The position numbers and the translations under genes are program-made. Positions 49,601 to 60,985 of a DNA stretch of 64,000 nucleotides are shown here, piece by piece. Where the stretch lies: NCBI RefSeq assembly GCF_902713615.1, contig NC_052146.1:310388335-310452334 (forward strand), read 5' to 3'. The notes below the pieces were generated by a model. The model saw nothing but the letters and a program-made list of their open reading frames with translations. It had not been told where the DNA came from and did not search any database. Positions within the stretch are counted from its first letter, which is position 1; every line of letters starts with the position of its first letter. Origin of the DNA: Scyliorhinus canicula (taxonomy: Eukaryota).

Positions 49601-52600
49601 TGCCCCAATATCCTCACGGGGGTATTTCCTCGTGCAATGGGGAAAGTCAGGAAAACAAAGGTAGTTTTAAGGAATTAATATTTATATTGGCAACATTATA
49701 AGCTATATTTTTAAGTGGGTTTAATTTAATGTTTCTGTGCCTGGAAGGGCAAAACCTATAGTTAGATTCATGCCGGATAAAGGTGTTTGTATGTGTAGGG
49801 ATTGGTTTCAATTCCAACACTGTCTCGATTATGTTTAGAGAGGGATACAGCGTGAAGAGTAAATAGAAGTAACAGGAGGTCACTTTCCAGAGGGAGGGTC
49901 TTCCCCTTGTTCTGCTGCAATAGTTGGTTTTAAGGCTAAAGTTCATACGTTCATAAGTTGATAAGGTACCGGAGCAGAATTAGTCCATTTGGCCCATAGC
50001 GTCTTCTCCACCATTCGATCTCACCCTGGCCATAACACCCCCATCCTGCCCATTCTCCATAACCCTTCAACCCATTACCAATTACACATTCCCCTAACTC
50101 CTCCTTAAATTTACTCACTCTCCCAGCATCTCTGGGGGAGAGAATTCCACAGTTTGGGAGTAATAGTTTCTCCTCAACTCTGTTTTAAATTTGCTACCTC
50201 TTATCCTCAGACTATGACCTCTCGTTCTAGAAAGCCCCACACGATGAAGCATCCACTCCACGTTTACTTTACCCAAACCTTTTATCATCAGACATATCTC
50301 AACTTGATCTCCCTCATTCTTCAATCTCTCTTCATACAATAAATCCATCATCTCTGGAATCAATCTAGTGAACCTCCTCTGAACTGCCTCCAATGTCACT
50401 ACATCCTTCATCAAATAAGGAGACCAAAACTGTGCCCAGTACTCCAGGTGCGGTCTCACCAATACCTTGTACAGCTGCAACAACACTTCCTTACCTTTAT
50501 ACTCAATTCCTTTTGCTATAAATGGCAACATTCCATTCACATTTCTAATATCTGCTGTACCCGCACGCTCGCTTTCTGTGCCTCCTGCACAAGGACACCC
50601 AGATCCCTCTGCAACGGGAGCTTCCTGAAATCTCTCCCCATTTAGATAATAAGCTGCCTTCCCATTTTTCCAACCAAAATGGATAACCTCACACTTATCC
50701 ACGTTAAACTCCACCTGCCACAGTTTGGCCCACTCTCCTCACCTATCTGTATCCATTTGTAAGGTTCTTATTTCCTCATTGCAACTTACTGTTCCACCTA
50801 TTTTTGTTATATGCAAATTTGGCTCCAGAACCTTCTATCCCTGTATCAAAGTCGTTTATATAGATTGTAAATAGCTGGGGCCCAAGGACTGAACCCTGTG
50901 ACACACACTAGCTACATCTTGTCAACCAAAAAAAGACCCATTTATCCCGACTCTCTGTTTCCTGTCCGTCAGCCAGTCTTCTATCCAAGCTAATAAATTA
51001 TCCCTAATCCCATGTGATCTCACCTTGTGAATTAACCTTCTGTGTGGCACCTTATCAAACACATTCTGGATGTCCAGATATATTACATCTACAGGATCCC
51101 CATTATCCACTTTGCTTGTTACGTCTTTGTAGAACTCTAGCAAATTAGCCAAACAAGATTTGTCCTTCATAAAACCAAGTTGACTCTGATGGGTAGCATT
51201 TCGACTTTCCAAATGTCCTGATATTACATACATAGATACATAGAAGATAGGAACAGATGGAGGAGGCCTTTTGGCCCTTCGAGCCTGCTCCGCCATTCAT
51301 CACGATCATGGCTGATCATCCAACTCAATAGCCTAACCCTGCTTCCTCCCCATAGCCTTTGACCCCATTCTCCCCAAGTGCTATACCCAGCCGCCTCTTG
51401 AATATATTCAAAGTTTTAGCATCAACTACTTCCTGTGGTAATGAATTCCACAGGCTCACCACTCTCTGGGTGAAGAAATATCCCCCCCCCTGATCTGTCT
51501 GAAATGGTTCACCCTGAATTCTCAGATTGTGACCCCTGGTTCTAGAAACACCCACATTGGGAACATCTTCCCTACATAGGACCATAAGACCATAACACCA
51601 TAAGACATAGGAGCAGAATTAGGCCACTTGGCCCATCGAGTCTGCTCCGCCATTCAATCCTAGCTGATATTTTCTCATCCCCATTCTGCTGCCGTCTCCC
51701 CATAACTCCTGATCCCCTTATTAATCAAGAACCTATCTATCTCTGTCTTAAAGACTCTCAGTGAATTGGCCTCCACAGCCTTCTGCGGCAAAGAGTTCCA
51801 CAGATTCACCACCTTCTGGCTGAAAAAAATCCTCCTCATCTTAGTTTTAAACAATCGTCCCTTTAGTCTGAGATGGTGTCCTCCGGTTCTAGTTTCTCCG
51901 ACAAGTAGAAACATCCTCTCCACGTCCACTCTATCCAGGCCTTGCAGTATCCTGTAAGTTTCAATAAGATTCCCATACCAGCCTCCCCGAACAGGCGCCG
52001 GAATGTGGCGACTAGGGGCGTTTCACAGTAACTTCATTTGAAGCCTACTTGTGACAATAAGCGATTTTCATTTCAAATTTTCATTTCAAGATCCCCCCTC
52101 ATCCTTCTAAACTCCAACGAGTACGGACCCAGAGACCTCAAACATTCCTCATACGACAATGTCTTCATTCCACGGATCATTCTTGTGAACCTCCTCTGGA
52201 CCCTTTCCAAGGCCACCACATCCTTCCTTAGATACAGGGCCCAAAACTGCTCACAATACTGCAAATGGGGTCTGACCAGAGCCTTATACAGCCTCAGAAG
52301 TACATCCCTGGTCTTGTATTCTAGCCCTCTCGACATGAATGCTAACATTACATTTGCCTTCTGGACTGCTGACTGAACCTTCTTGTTAACCTTAAATGAA
52401 TTATGAACAAGGCCTCACAAGTCCCTTTGTGCTTTGATTTCCTAAGTATTTCCCCATTTAGAAAATAGTCGATGCCTCCATTCCTCCTTCCAAAGTGCAT
52501 AACCTCACACTTTTCCACACTGTATTTCATTTGCCACTTCTTTGCCCACTCTCCTAGCTTGTCCAAATCCTTCTGCAGCCCCCTTGCTTCCTCAATACAA

Positions 52601-55600
52601 CCTGTCCCTCTACAGATCTTTGTAACATCTGCAAACTTAGCAACAGTGCCTTCAGTTCCTTCCTCCAGATCATTAATGTATATTGTGAAAAGCTGTGGTC
52701 CCAGCACAGACCCCTGAGGCATACCACTAGTCACCGGCTGCCATCCTGAAAAATACCCCTTTATCCCCACTCTCTGCCTTCTGCCAGTCAGCCAATCCTC
52801 TATCCATGCCAGGATCTTACCCTTAACACCATGGGCTTTTAACGTATGCAACAGTCTGCTATGCCGCACCTTGTCAAAGGTCTTTTGGAAATCTAAATAA
52901 ATCACGTCCACTGGCTCTCCTTTGTCTAACTTGCTTGTTACCTCCTCAAAGAACTCCAACAGATTTGTCAGACATGACCTCCCTTTGACGAAGCCGTGCT
53001 GACTCAGTCCTATTTTACCATGCACTTCCAAGTACTTCAAAATCTCGGGCACGATTCTCCAACCCCCACGCCGGGTGGGAGAATCGCGGGAGTGCTGGGC
53101 GATTCACGCCACGCCGCCCTGGCACCCGCACGCGATTCTCCCACCCCCCCCCCCCCAAATCGGAGTGTCGCGTTTTACGACAGGCCGCTCGGAGAATTGC
53201 CGCTCGACCGTTAGAAATGGCGAGCGGCGATTCTCCGGCCCAGATGGGCCGAGTGGCCTGCCCAATCCGACCGGTTCACGCCAGCGCCAACCACACCTGG
53301 TCGCTGCCGGCGTGCTGCATGTGGGGGACCTGTTGGGGGGGGAGGGAGGGAGGATTGAGCACCAGTGGGGTGTTCAGGAGGGGCCTGGCCTGCGATCGGT
53401 GCCCACCGATCGTCGGGCCGGTGTCTATGAAACACGCACTCTTTTCCCTCCGCCGCCCCGCAAGATCAATCCTCCATGTCTTGTGGGGCGGCGGAGGGGA
53501 GGACGGCAACTGCGCATGCACGGGTTGGCGCTGGCCAAACTGCACATGCACGGGTTGGCGCTGGCCAAACTGCGCATGCACGGGTTGGCGCTGGCCAAAC
53601 TGCACATGCACGGGTTGGCGCTGGCCAAACTGCACATGCACGGGTTGGCGCTGGCCAAACTGCGCATGCACGGGTTGGCGCTGGCCAAACTGCACATGCA
53701 CGGGTTGGCGCTGGCCAAACTGCACATGCACGGGTTGGCGCTGGCCAAACTGCACATGCACGGGTTGGCGCTGGCCAAACTGCGCATGCACGGGTTGGCA
53801 CTGGCCAAACTGCACATGCACGGGTTGGCACTGGCCAAACTGCACATGCACGGGTTGGCGCTGGCCAAACTGCACATGCACGGGTTGGCGCTGGCCAAAC
53901 TGCACATGCAGGGGTTGGCGCTGGCCAAACTGCACATGCACGGGTTGGCGCTGGCCAAACTGCACATGCACGGGTTGGCGCTGGCCAAACTGCACATGCA
54001 CGGGTTGGCGCTGGCCAAACTGCACATGCACGGGTTGGCGCTGGCCAAACTGCACATGCACGGGTTGGCGCTGGCCAAACTGCACATGCACGGGTTGGCG
54101 CTGGCCAATCTGCACATGTGCGGGTGACGTCATTTAGGCGCCACCGTCCACGTCATTCAGGTGGCACCGCTTTGACGCGGGCGCCAAGGCCCAGTGTGTG
54201 AAATTGATGCGCCGCCACTCCTAGCCCCCTGGGGGTGGGAGAATAGGGGGCGAGGAGCGGCCTCCGATGCCGGAATGAAACACTCCGGTTTTCACTCTGG
54301 TGTCGGCACTTTGTTTCCCTTTGGGAGAATCGTGCCCCTCATCTTTAATAACAGACTAAAATCTTACCAATGACTGAAGTCAGGCTAACCGGCCTATAAT
54401 TTCCCGTCTTCTGCCTCCCTCCCTTCTTAAACCGTGCAGAAAGAAGCATTGAGACTACACCAATCGCACCCTCAGTTGGCGCCTTGAAGTTGCAGCATCT
54501 CAAAAGTGTATCCAAGTGTTATAACCTGCCTGCTTACCACTGACTGGGGACTAATGACAATCCCACAATCCTGTGGGAGTATGAGCTTCCCCAATGAGGG
54601 GGGCGGAGAAATCATTAGCAGACACCCTGCAAGGAGCAAGGAGCAAGGGGCAAGGGAAGTTCCTGCTGTTGTATATATATATGTTAATTTGTAAATAAAT
54701 GTTTTCTTTGTACCCTGAAAACTCGCGCTGGATTCTTCATGGCCCTCACAAAACCAAGTAAATGTGGTTTGGATTCTGTCTCTGCCACCCTCTCAGGCAG
54801 TGGGTTCTAGTGGTTTGGGCAGTTCCCTGCATGTCCATTAACTAGCTGTTAACCCCTGGGAGAAGTGGGGTGGGCAGGGTTAGTAACTAACACATATCGC
54901 AGTGTGAAATGGTCAACTCTGCTCTCCAGCACCCCCAGCCCCACACCCAACACCCTCTGATATCGACCCGACCAACTGCTATCTGAGCTCAGGACAGGAA
55001 ATTGAATGCTGGCCAGATAGTATATTGTGGTTATGACCGGAATTCACAATGTTCTCCTTGCTTCAGTTTCACAACTTCCTCTTGCTAAAGAATTGCTTCA
55101 CAGTTACATTTTCTGGCAATGGCTGAGAAACTGTTATTTGGAGCAGATCCGGGGAATACGGATTGTGAAAGAAGAACCTTCTGAACAGAGGAAATGAGGA
55201 AAGTTTGAACAACTTCCAATTGTTCCCTTTGGCCCACTCCCTCGCAACCCCGCGGAGTGATCATGGCCAATCCACCTAACCTGCACATCTTTGGACTGTG
55301 GGAGGAAACCGGAGCACCCGGAGGAAACCCACGCAGACAAGGGGAGAACGTGCAAACTCCACACTGTCTCCCGAGGTCGGAATCGAACCCGTGTCCCTGG
55401 TGCTGTGAGGCAGCAGTGCTAACCATGGTACCACCGTGCCTCCCGGAGTGACATTTGTTTCTCTCCAGCAAATGCTACCCCTGGATCTCCCGAGCTTTGG
55501 AAACTTCTGATGAACACGTTTGCAATTTTCTCACCTGTTCTTTTGATAACTTGACATGGAAACCATCAGGTCCTTGAGATTTATCGATCTTAAATCCCAA

Positions 55601-56211
55601 CACTTACTCCACTGTCATTGTCTTTACCCGTATCAAATCCAATTTGTTTTTCTGAAGGGCTGCAACATTCTCAGTGAACAAACCTGCCATTTCCTTCTCA
55701 TCCATCATTCTTCATAGTCTTTTCCTGCATTCCTTTCCTCACTATTCTCTCTCACTCTATCTTTATCCTGTTGCTGATTTTATCTCTTTCCTTTTCACAT
55801 TTTTGATTGTATCTGTGTCAGCCTTTTAGTTTAATATCAGCTTGAACTGACAGGTGATGTCAGCCCTGGTGTGGAAATGATTGTTCTCTGGGAGGCTGCA
55901 GGAAAAGGTTTGGGTGGTTTCTCGAGCTCGAAGAGCAACTGATTGGCCTCCAAGTCCAGCAGTCTGACACACACCGATAACTGGGCTGGGGACTCAGTCT
56001 TATCTCCGACTTTCCCATCGAACAGCGAGGAATCCCAAACTATCACCTTCCAAAACAGAAATATCTGACCCAAAATACACGTCGCCCATCAATAACCAGC
56101 AAATCAAATTCCAAAACATAACCACACCAAACCAAAGCCAACCCTGGGTGTTTACTTACTGATTGTGACACCGAGAGCCAGAGTCAACGCTGAGAGAATC
56201 CAGTCCAACAT
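22523..56211 (-). CDS. Gene A: 367-aa type I receptor, L-V(J)-V(J)-TM-ITSM/ITIM/ITSM; exons 56211-56160, 47636-47286, 45428-45084, 40127-39986, 38370-38318, 35184-35141, 22639-22523
   Basis: Seven exons sum to 1104 nt (368 codons including stop) with no internal stop; all GT-AG; phases 1,1,1,2,1,0 are compatible. Confidence 0.9.
23601..23930 (+). mobile_element. tRNA-derived SINE inserted in satellite B
   Basis: Near-identical to the reverse complement of 9012-9358. Confidence 0.85.
30925..31160 (+). mobile_element. CR1 LINE 3' end inserted in satellite B
   Basis: ttttttacgcaaagagtggtgaggccgtggaatgccctacctgcaacagtag… homologous to the end of 34104-34878. Confidence 0.8.
33754..33850 (-). 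repeat. Three units of satellite A in inverted orientation, abutting satellite B
   Basis: Reverse complement reads gggatcctgggacacggtcccgctattaaacgggaccctgggacccagtcccgctattaaccgggaccctgggacacggccccgctattaaac. Confidence 0.95.
33975..34950. mobile_element. Palindromic (fold-back) repeat, possibly Penelope-derived, with a CR1 LINE fragment (34104-34878, plus strand) nested in its right arm
   Basis: Left arm 33977-34040 pairs with 34064-34103 plus 34879-34903; LINE ORF 34113-34736; another left-arm copy at about 43718-43830. Confidence 0.65.
35141..35184 (-). CDS. Gene A cytoplasmic exon 2 (GKMPNNKEEASTSAE)
   Basis: ttgttttattccag acceptor, GAG|gtaagg donor; phase 1 to 0. Confidence 0.85.
35350..35480 (+). 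mobile_element. Degenerate tRNA-derived SINE head preceding the 33-bp array
   Basis: tctcagtgg…cttgcctctga…ggttgtgggttcaaggcccactcc (B-box-like). Confidence 0.5.
35500..38210 (+). repeat. 33-bp minisatellite (tgctgcactgtcagagggtcagtactgagggag), about 82 copies
   Basis: Tandem units; source of the 957, 923 and 921 aa pseudo-ORFs. Confidence 0.97.
38318..38370 (-). CDS. Gene A cytoplasmic exon 1 with ITSM TVYTSV
   Basis: ttttttctgtacag acceptor, G|gtaaga donor; SLPGAPEGELNTVYTSVC. Confidence 0.88.
39986..40127 (-). CDS. Gene A transmembrane exon (KHPENQLPPLTGIITGTLAFALLLGIFIITILCVKKWACFQSRLKPE)
   Basis: ttttccag acceptor, AAG|gtaaat donor (same donor as gene B TM exon); uncharged TM followed by KK. 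Confidence 0.9.
40620..43330 (+). mobile_element. Decayed long CR1 LINE retaining ORF1 (Cys/His and leucine-zipper region, esterase-like relic) and ORF2 pieces
   Basis: HVHGKCLQLQLLEARVSELEQRLATL; AIVIGDLIVRGLDSCFCGRKRDSRMVCCLP; downstream NYRPISLT, VPQGSVLG and FADD. Confidence 0.85.
41929..42145 (+). repeat. 35-bp tandem repeat, 6 copies, inside the LINE
   Basis: gagacagataaatgcccctcaccctaatggggcca. Confidence 0.9.
43340..43620. mobile_element. 3' half of a GC-rich MITE related to 53047-54337
   Basis: Ends ggagaattccgccc, similar to the TIR ggagaatcgtgccc. Confidence 0.5.
45084..45428 (-). CDS. Gene A V domain 2 with in-exon J-like strand (…AVYYCSVWGDISGNGSQLNVT)
   Basis: ttttgtcttaaag acceptor; PVLIQSP…LQCTMQN…HW…GFTERFHPSRDT…DTAVYYC; 345 nt, phase 1-1. 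Confidence 0.95.
45942..46785. mobile_element. LTR-like repeat with a 29-30 bp tandem array at 45950-46100, between V1 and V2
   Basis: Starts tgttaggatcc, ends tcaca; homologous to 20963-21669 from 46136. Confidence 0.4.
47286..47636 (-). CDS. Gene A V domain 1 with in-exon J-like strand (…AVYICGIWGEIFGNGTRLNVT)
   Basis: Polypyrimidine ttcacag acceptor; Cys-B, Trp-C, DxAxYxC and FGxGTxLxV; 351 nt, phase 1-1. Confidence 0.95.
47820..48725 (+). repeat. 80-bp minisatellite containing a LINE 3' UTR segment, about 11 copies
   Basis: Unit period 48061 to 48141; contains atcagatcaccatga…tgaatggtggaacaggctcgaggggc. Confidence 0.9.
53047..54337. mobile_element. Non-autonomous PIF/Harbinger-like element (14-bp perfect TIR GGGCACGATTCTCC, 3-bp TSD CTC) inserted in a CR1
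   Basis: TSD at 53044-53046 and 54338-54340; the empty site aatctcatctttaat is seen in the homologous LINE near 17307-17321. Confidence 0.8.
53511..54120 (+). repeat. 30-bp minisatellite (tgcacatgcacgggttggcgctggccaaac), about 20 near-identical copies, inside the MITE
   Basis: Tandem units. Confidence 0.95.
55260..55445 (-). mobile_element. tRNA-derived SINE 5' part
   Basis: Homologous to 9170-9358. Confidence 0.75.
56160..56211 (-). CDS. Gene A leader exon MLDWILSALTLALGVTI
   Basis: ATG, hydrophobic signal peptide, phase-1 A|gtaagt donor; split-leader layout completed by SHVTG in the next exon. Confidence 0.85.
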
Positions 56212-56749
56212 TTCAAATAAGCTGATTTTCCAAAGGTGAAATTCCTGATCTTTCACACCGAGTACAATCTGATATTGCTGAAGTTTCAGATGTAACTGAA
56301 TCTCACTACGGTCACGTAACTCGAATACCAGTCAAAGAAAGAGGAAGGAATAACAAGAGAAAGAGGGCCTGCCCTCTGATATACAATTCACAAATCAGGA
56401 ACAAGAGGGCCAACAGATTGGCACCAATCACCCTTCAATGTCTCCCTTATTGAATCCAGTGACTCCCACTCAAGTCCAGGTCCACAGGCCCTGTGTAAAC
56501 TTCAGGCTGCGGAATCAATTCACCCAAAATGGGATCAATACAGCAGTGATTGCAAAGCAGTTAATTAAGTGAGTTATTAAAATGCACTGGCTTAAAAAAT
56601 ATCCCCAAACTAAACAGACATGGAAAGCACATGAGCCATGACAGAACTGTCAGATAGAGATGGACAGCGCGGAGCGAGTGTTGATCTCTCTCACTGACGG
56701 TGGCAGCCTAGTACCCTCCAATCAAAGTGTAAACAAGCTCTTCTCCCCG

Positions 56750-58200
56750 TCTCCATCACTCTACCCCATCACCCTCACTCTACCCCATCACCCTCACTCT
56801 ACGCCGAGTCTCCCTCAATCTCCCTCATCCCTCCTCACTCTACCCCATCACCCTCACTCTACCCCATCACCCTCACTCTACCCCATCACCCTCACTCTAA
56901 CCCATCACCCTCACTCTACCCCATCACCCTCACTCTACCCCATTACCCTCACTCTCTCCCATCACCCTCACTCTATCCCATCACCCTCACTCTATCCCAT
57001 CACCCTCACTCTACCCCGAGTCTCCCTCACTCTACCCCATAACCCTCACTCTACCCCATCCCCCCTCACTCTACCCCATCACCCTCACTCTACCCCATCA
57101 CCCTCACTCTACCCCATCACCCTCACTCTACCCCATCACCCTCACTCTACCCCGAGTCTCCCTTAATCTCCCTCATCCCTCCTCACTCTACCCCATCACC
57201 CTCACTCTACCCCATCACCCTCACACTACCCCGAGTCTCCCTCAATCTCCCTCTTCCCTCCTCACTCTATACCATCAACCTCACTCTACCCCATCACCCT
57301 CACTCTACCCTATCGCCCTCACTCTACCCCGAGTCTCCCTCAACCTCCCTCATCCCTCCTCACTCTACCCCATCACCCTCACTCTACCCAATCAACCTCA
57401 CTCTACCCCATCACCCTCACTCTACCCCATCCCTCCTCACTCTCCCTCATCCCTCCTCACTCTACCTCATCACCCTCACTCTATCCCATCACCCTCACTC
57501 CACCCCGAGTCTCCCTCAATCTCCCTCATCCCTCCTCACTCTATCCCATCAACCTCACTCTACCCCATCACCCTCACTCTACCCCATCACCCTCACTCTA
57601 CCCATCACCCTCACACTACCCCGAGTTTCCCTCAACCTCCCTCATCCCTCCTCACTCTACTCCATCAACCTCACTCTACCCCATCACCCTCACTCTACCC
57701 ATCACCCTCACTCTACCCCATCCCTCCTCACTCCACCCCATCACCCTCACTCTATCCCATTACCCTCACTCTACCCCGAGTCTCCCTCAATCTCCCTCAT
57801 CCCTCCTCACTCTACCCAATCACCCTCACTCTACCCCATCACACTCACTCTACCCCGAGTCTCCCTCAATCTCCCTCATCCCTCCTCACTCTACACCATC
57901 ACCTTCACTCTACCCCACCACCCTCACTCTACCCCATCACCCTCACTCTATCTCATCGCCCTCACTCTACCCCGAGTTTCCCTCAGCCCTCCTCACTCTA
58001 CCCCATCACCCTCACTCTACCCCATCACCTTCACTCTACCCCATCAACCTCGCTCTACCCCATGTCTCCCTCAATTTTCCTCATCCCCCCTTACTCTTAA
58101 TCCAATGTCACTCTCCCTGAGTCTCCCTCACTCTTCCCTGTGTCCCTCACTCCTCCCATCTCCCTCATCTCCCTCATTCTTCCCTCACTTTCCTCACTCT
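56750..58200 (+). repeat. 19-bp pyrimidine-rich minisatellite (accccatcaccctcactct) upstream of the gene A leader
   Basis: Tandem units. Confidence 0.92.
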
Positions 58201-58269
58201 TCCCCGTCTCCCTCATTCTTCCCTCATCGGGACCCCGCATGGCTGCGTACTTAGGCCCCTACTATACTC

Positions 58270-59890
58270 CCTGTACACACACGACTCTGTGGCAAAACTT
58301 GGTTCCAACTCCATCTCCAAGTTTGCTGACGACACAACCATAGTGTGTTGGATCTCGAACAATGACGAATAAGAATAAAGGAGGGAGACAGAGAACCTAG
58401 TGGAGTGGTACAACGAGAACAATCTCTCCCTCAATGTCAGCAAAATTAAAGAGCTGGTCATTGACTGCAGGAAGCAAAGTACTGTTAGAGGTGAAAATAT
58501 TGACACGGAGGCCTGAGTATAAGATAAAAAGCAGTTTATTATATCAGAATTCTGGGAGAAAAGGCCTGAGGCTCCGCAGCCTATTGACAGCACCCTTTTC
58601 TCACGTGAGCTCAGGCTCACACGAGGTTAATATACAGATTAAAGGGCCGGAATTAGATGTATTCTTAATTACATGCAATCAATCAACTATATTTGCATCA
58701 CACTTCATTACATGCAGTCAATCAATTTTCTTAGCATCCCAGTTATTACATATATGGTGAAAGTGGGTGGTGTCCAACCCGCCCTTAACTTCATACAGTA
58801 GTCATTCAAAGCTAACATAATGATGTCCTGTCTGCAACTGGGGTCCTTGGCATTATCAAGGACACATTGCATTTCCTGATCTGGGAAGCTGTTATCAGCG
58901 GCTGTTGAAATACTCCCTCGGTTCTTATGAGGTAGTTTACACAGTCTGTAACTTATTGTTCAGAAATGTGGCTAGTTCAGCCATTTTGTGTCTTTAGTAT
59001 TGCTTTAATAGTTACCAGCCATTCTGCGTCCATTCTGATTTTACCAAGCATTGTGTGTACAATATCTATTTCTACAAATTGCCTCTTCTAAACAGGCATC
59101 TAGGCCGACGAGTACCTTTTTTCTCATCAGAACTATTCAAAAGTAATATAGGAGCAAAAATATAGTTCAGGGCCACCTCTAATTTATATCATAGTCCAGT
59201 ATCACAAAATGTCCTCCACCGGACTGTACACACCCCTGTCAGCATCAACGGGGCCGAGGTGGAGATGGCTGACAGCATCAAATTTCCAGCGATGCACATC
59301 AGCAAAAATCTGTCCTGGTCCACCCATGTCGACTCTATCACCAAGAAAGCACACAACAGCTCCTACACCTCCTCAGGATACTAAGGGAATTCGGTATCTC
59401 CACATTGACTTTTAGCAATTTTTACAGATGCAGCATAGAAAGCATCCTATCTGGCTGCATCACAGCCTGGTATGGCAACTGCTCGGCCCAAGACCGCAAG
59501 AAACTACAGAGAGTCATGAACACAGCCCAGTACATCACACAAACCCACCTTCCATTCATTGACTCTACACCTCCCGCTGCCTGGGGAAAGCAGGCAGCAT
59601 AATCAAGGATCCCTTCCACCCGGCTTACCCACTCTTCCAACTTCTTCCATCGGGCAGGAGATACAGAAGTTTGAGAACTCGCACAAACAGACTCAAAAAC
59701 AGCTTCTTCCCTGTTGTTACCAGATTCCTCAATGACCCACTTATGGACTGATCTGATTAATACAACATTCCTGTATCCTTCACTTTGTCTTGCCCTCTTA
59801 TGCATTTTCTTTTCTTGTACTAAATAATCTGTTTGAGCTGCTCGCAGAAAAATACATTTCACTGTACCTCGGTAAACGTGACAATAAACA
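58270..59890 (+). mobile_element. Rex1/L2-like LINE RT 3' fragment split by a putative solo LTR
   Basis: KFADDTTIV, LSLNVSKIKELVIDCRK, SILSGCITAWYGNCSAQDRKKLQRV. Confidence 0.75.
58483..59225 (-). mobile_element. Putative solo LTR (743 bp) with 4-bp TSD GTAC
   Basis: GTAC at 58479-58482 and 59226-59229; minus strand ends …AATAAA…ctctaACA; the other terminus is AGT instead of TGT. Confidence 0.55.
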
Positions 59891-60190
59891 AATCCGGAAC
59901 TTTAGCACAATGGTTAGCACAGTGGTCAGCACAGCGCCAGGGTCCCGAGTTCGATTCCCGGCTGGTTCACTGTCTGTACGGAGTCTGCGCACTCTCCCCG
60001 TGTCTGCATGGGTTTCCTCTGGGTGCTCCGGTTTCCTCCCACAAGTCCCAAAAGACGTGCTGTTAGGTGAATTGGACATTCTGAATTCTCCCTCTGTGAC
60101 CCAAACAGGCGCCGGAATGTGGCGACTAGGGGCTTTTCACAGTAACTTCATTGCAATGTTTATGTCAGCCTACTTGTGACAATAAAGATC
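59890..60190 (+). mobile_element. tRNA-derived SINE (second family)
   Basis: tggttagcac…gttcgattcccggct head; aggcgccggaatgtggcgactagggg tail shared with 51990-52085. Confidence 0.8.
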
Positions 60191-60199
60191 CAATTATCT

Positions 60200-60985
60200 C
60201 CCTCATTCCTTCCTATTTCTCTTAATTTTCCTCATCTCCCTCAATCTGACTCCATTTCCCTTACTCTTCCTTTCTCTAACCTTCCCAATCTTCCTCATTC
60301 TTCGCCATCTCCCTCACTCTTCCACCAGTCTCCCTCACTCTTCCCCAATCTCCCTCACTCTTCCACCAATCTCCCTCACTCTTCCCCAATCTCCCTCACT
60401 CTTCCACCAATCTCCCTCACTCTTCCCCAATCTCCCTCACTCTTCCACCAATCTCCCTCACTCTTCCCCAATCTCCCTCACTCTTCCCCAATCTCCCTCA
60501 CTCTTCCACCAATCTCCCTCACTCTTCCCCAATCTCCCTCACTCTTCCACCAATCTCCCTCACTCTTCCCCAATCTCCCTCACTCTTCCCCAATCTCCCT
60601 CACACTTCCCCAATCTCCCTCACTCTTCCACCAATCTCCCTCACTCTTCCCCAATCTCCCTCACTCTTCCCCAATCTCCCTCACTCTTCCACCAATCTCC
60701 CTCACTCTTCCACCAATCTCCCTCACTCTTCCCCAATCTCCCTCACTCTTCCACCAATCTCCCTCACTCTTCCACCAATCTCCCTCACTCTTCCACCAAT
60801 CTCCCTCACTCTTCCACCAATCTCCCTCACTCTTCCCCAATCTCCCTCACTCTTCCCCAATCTCCCTCACTCTTCCCCAATCTCCCTCACTCTTCCACCA
60901 ATCTCCCTCACTCTTCCACCAATCTCCCTCACTCTTCCCCAATCTCCCTCACTCTTCCACCAATCTCCCTCACTCTTCCTCAATC
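60200..60985 (+). repeat. 21-22 bp pyrimidine-rich minisatellite (ccaatctccctcactcttcc[a]c)
   Basis: Tandem units. Confidence 0.93.

Larger units (their letters stand above)
49370..54430 (-). mobile_element. Cluster of nested CR1 LINE fragments (plus a SINE 3' end at about 51975-52085) in the leader intron of gene A
   Basis: ORFs 50115-50714, 50922-51296 and 52348-53052 carry YLDFQKTFD, PQGSVLGP and FADV. Confidence 0.9.

Noticed and set aside
53075-54201. Multiple 230-350 aa ORFs
   Set aside because: 30-bp tandem array inside a MITE, open on both strands.
55837-56073. 78-aa ORF after the leader as a third V exon
   Set aside because: No in-frame Cys/Trp V framework or usable donor.
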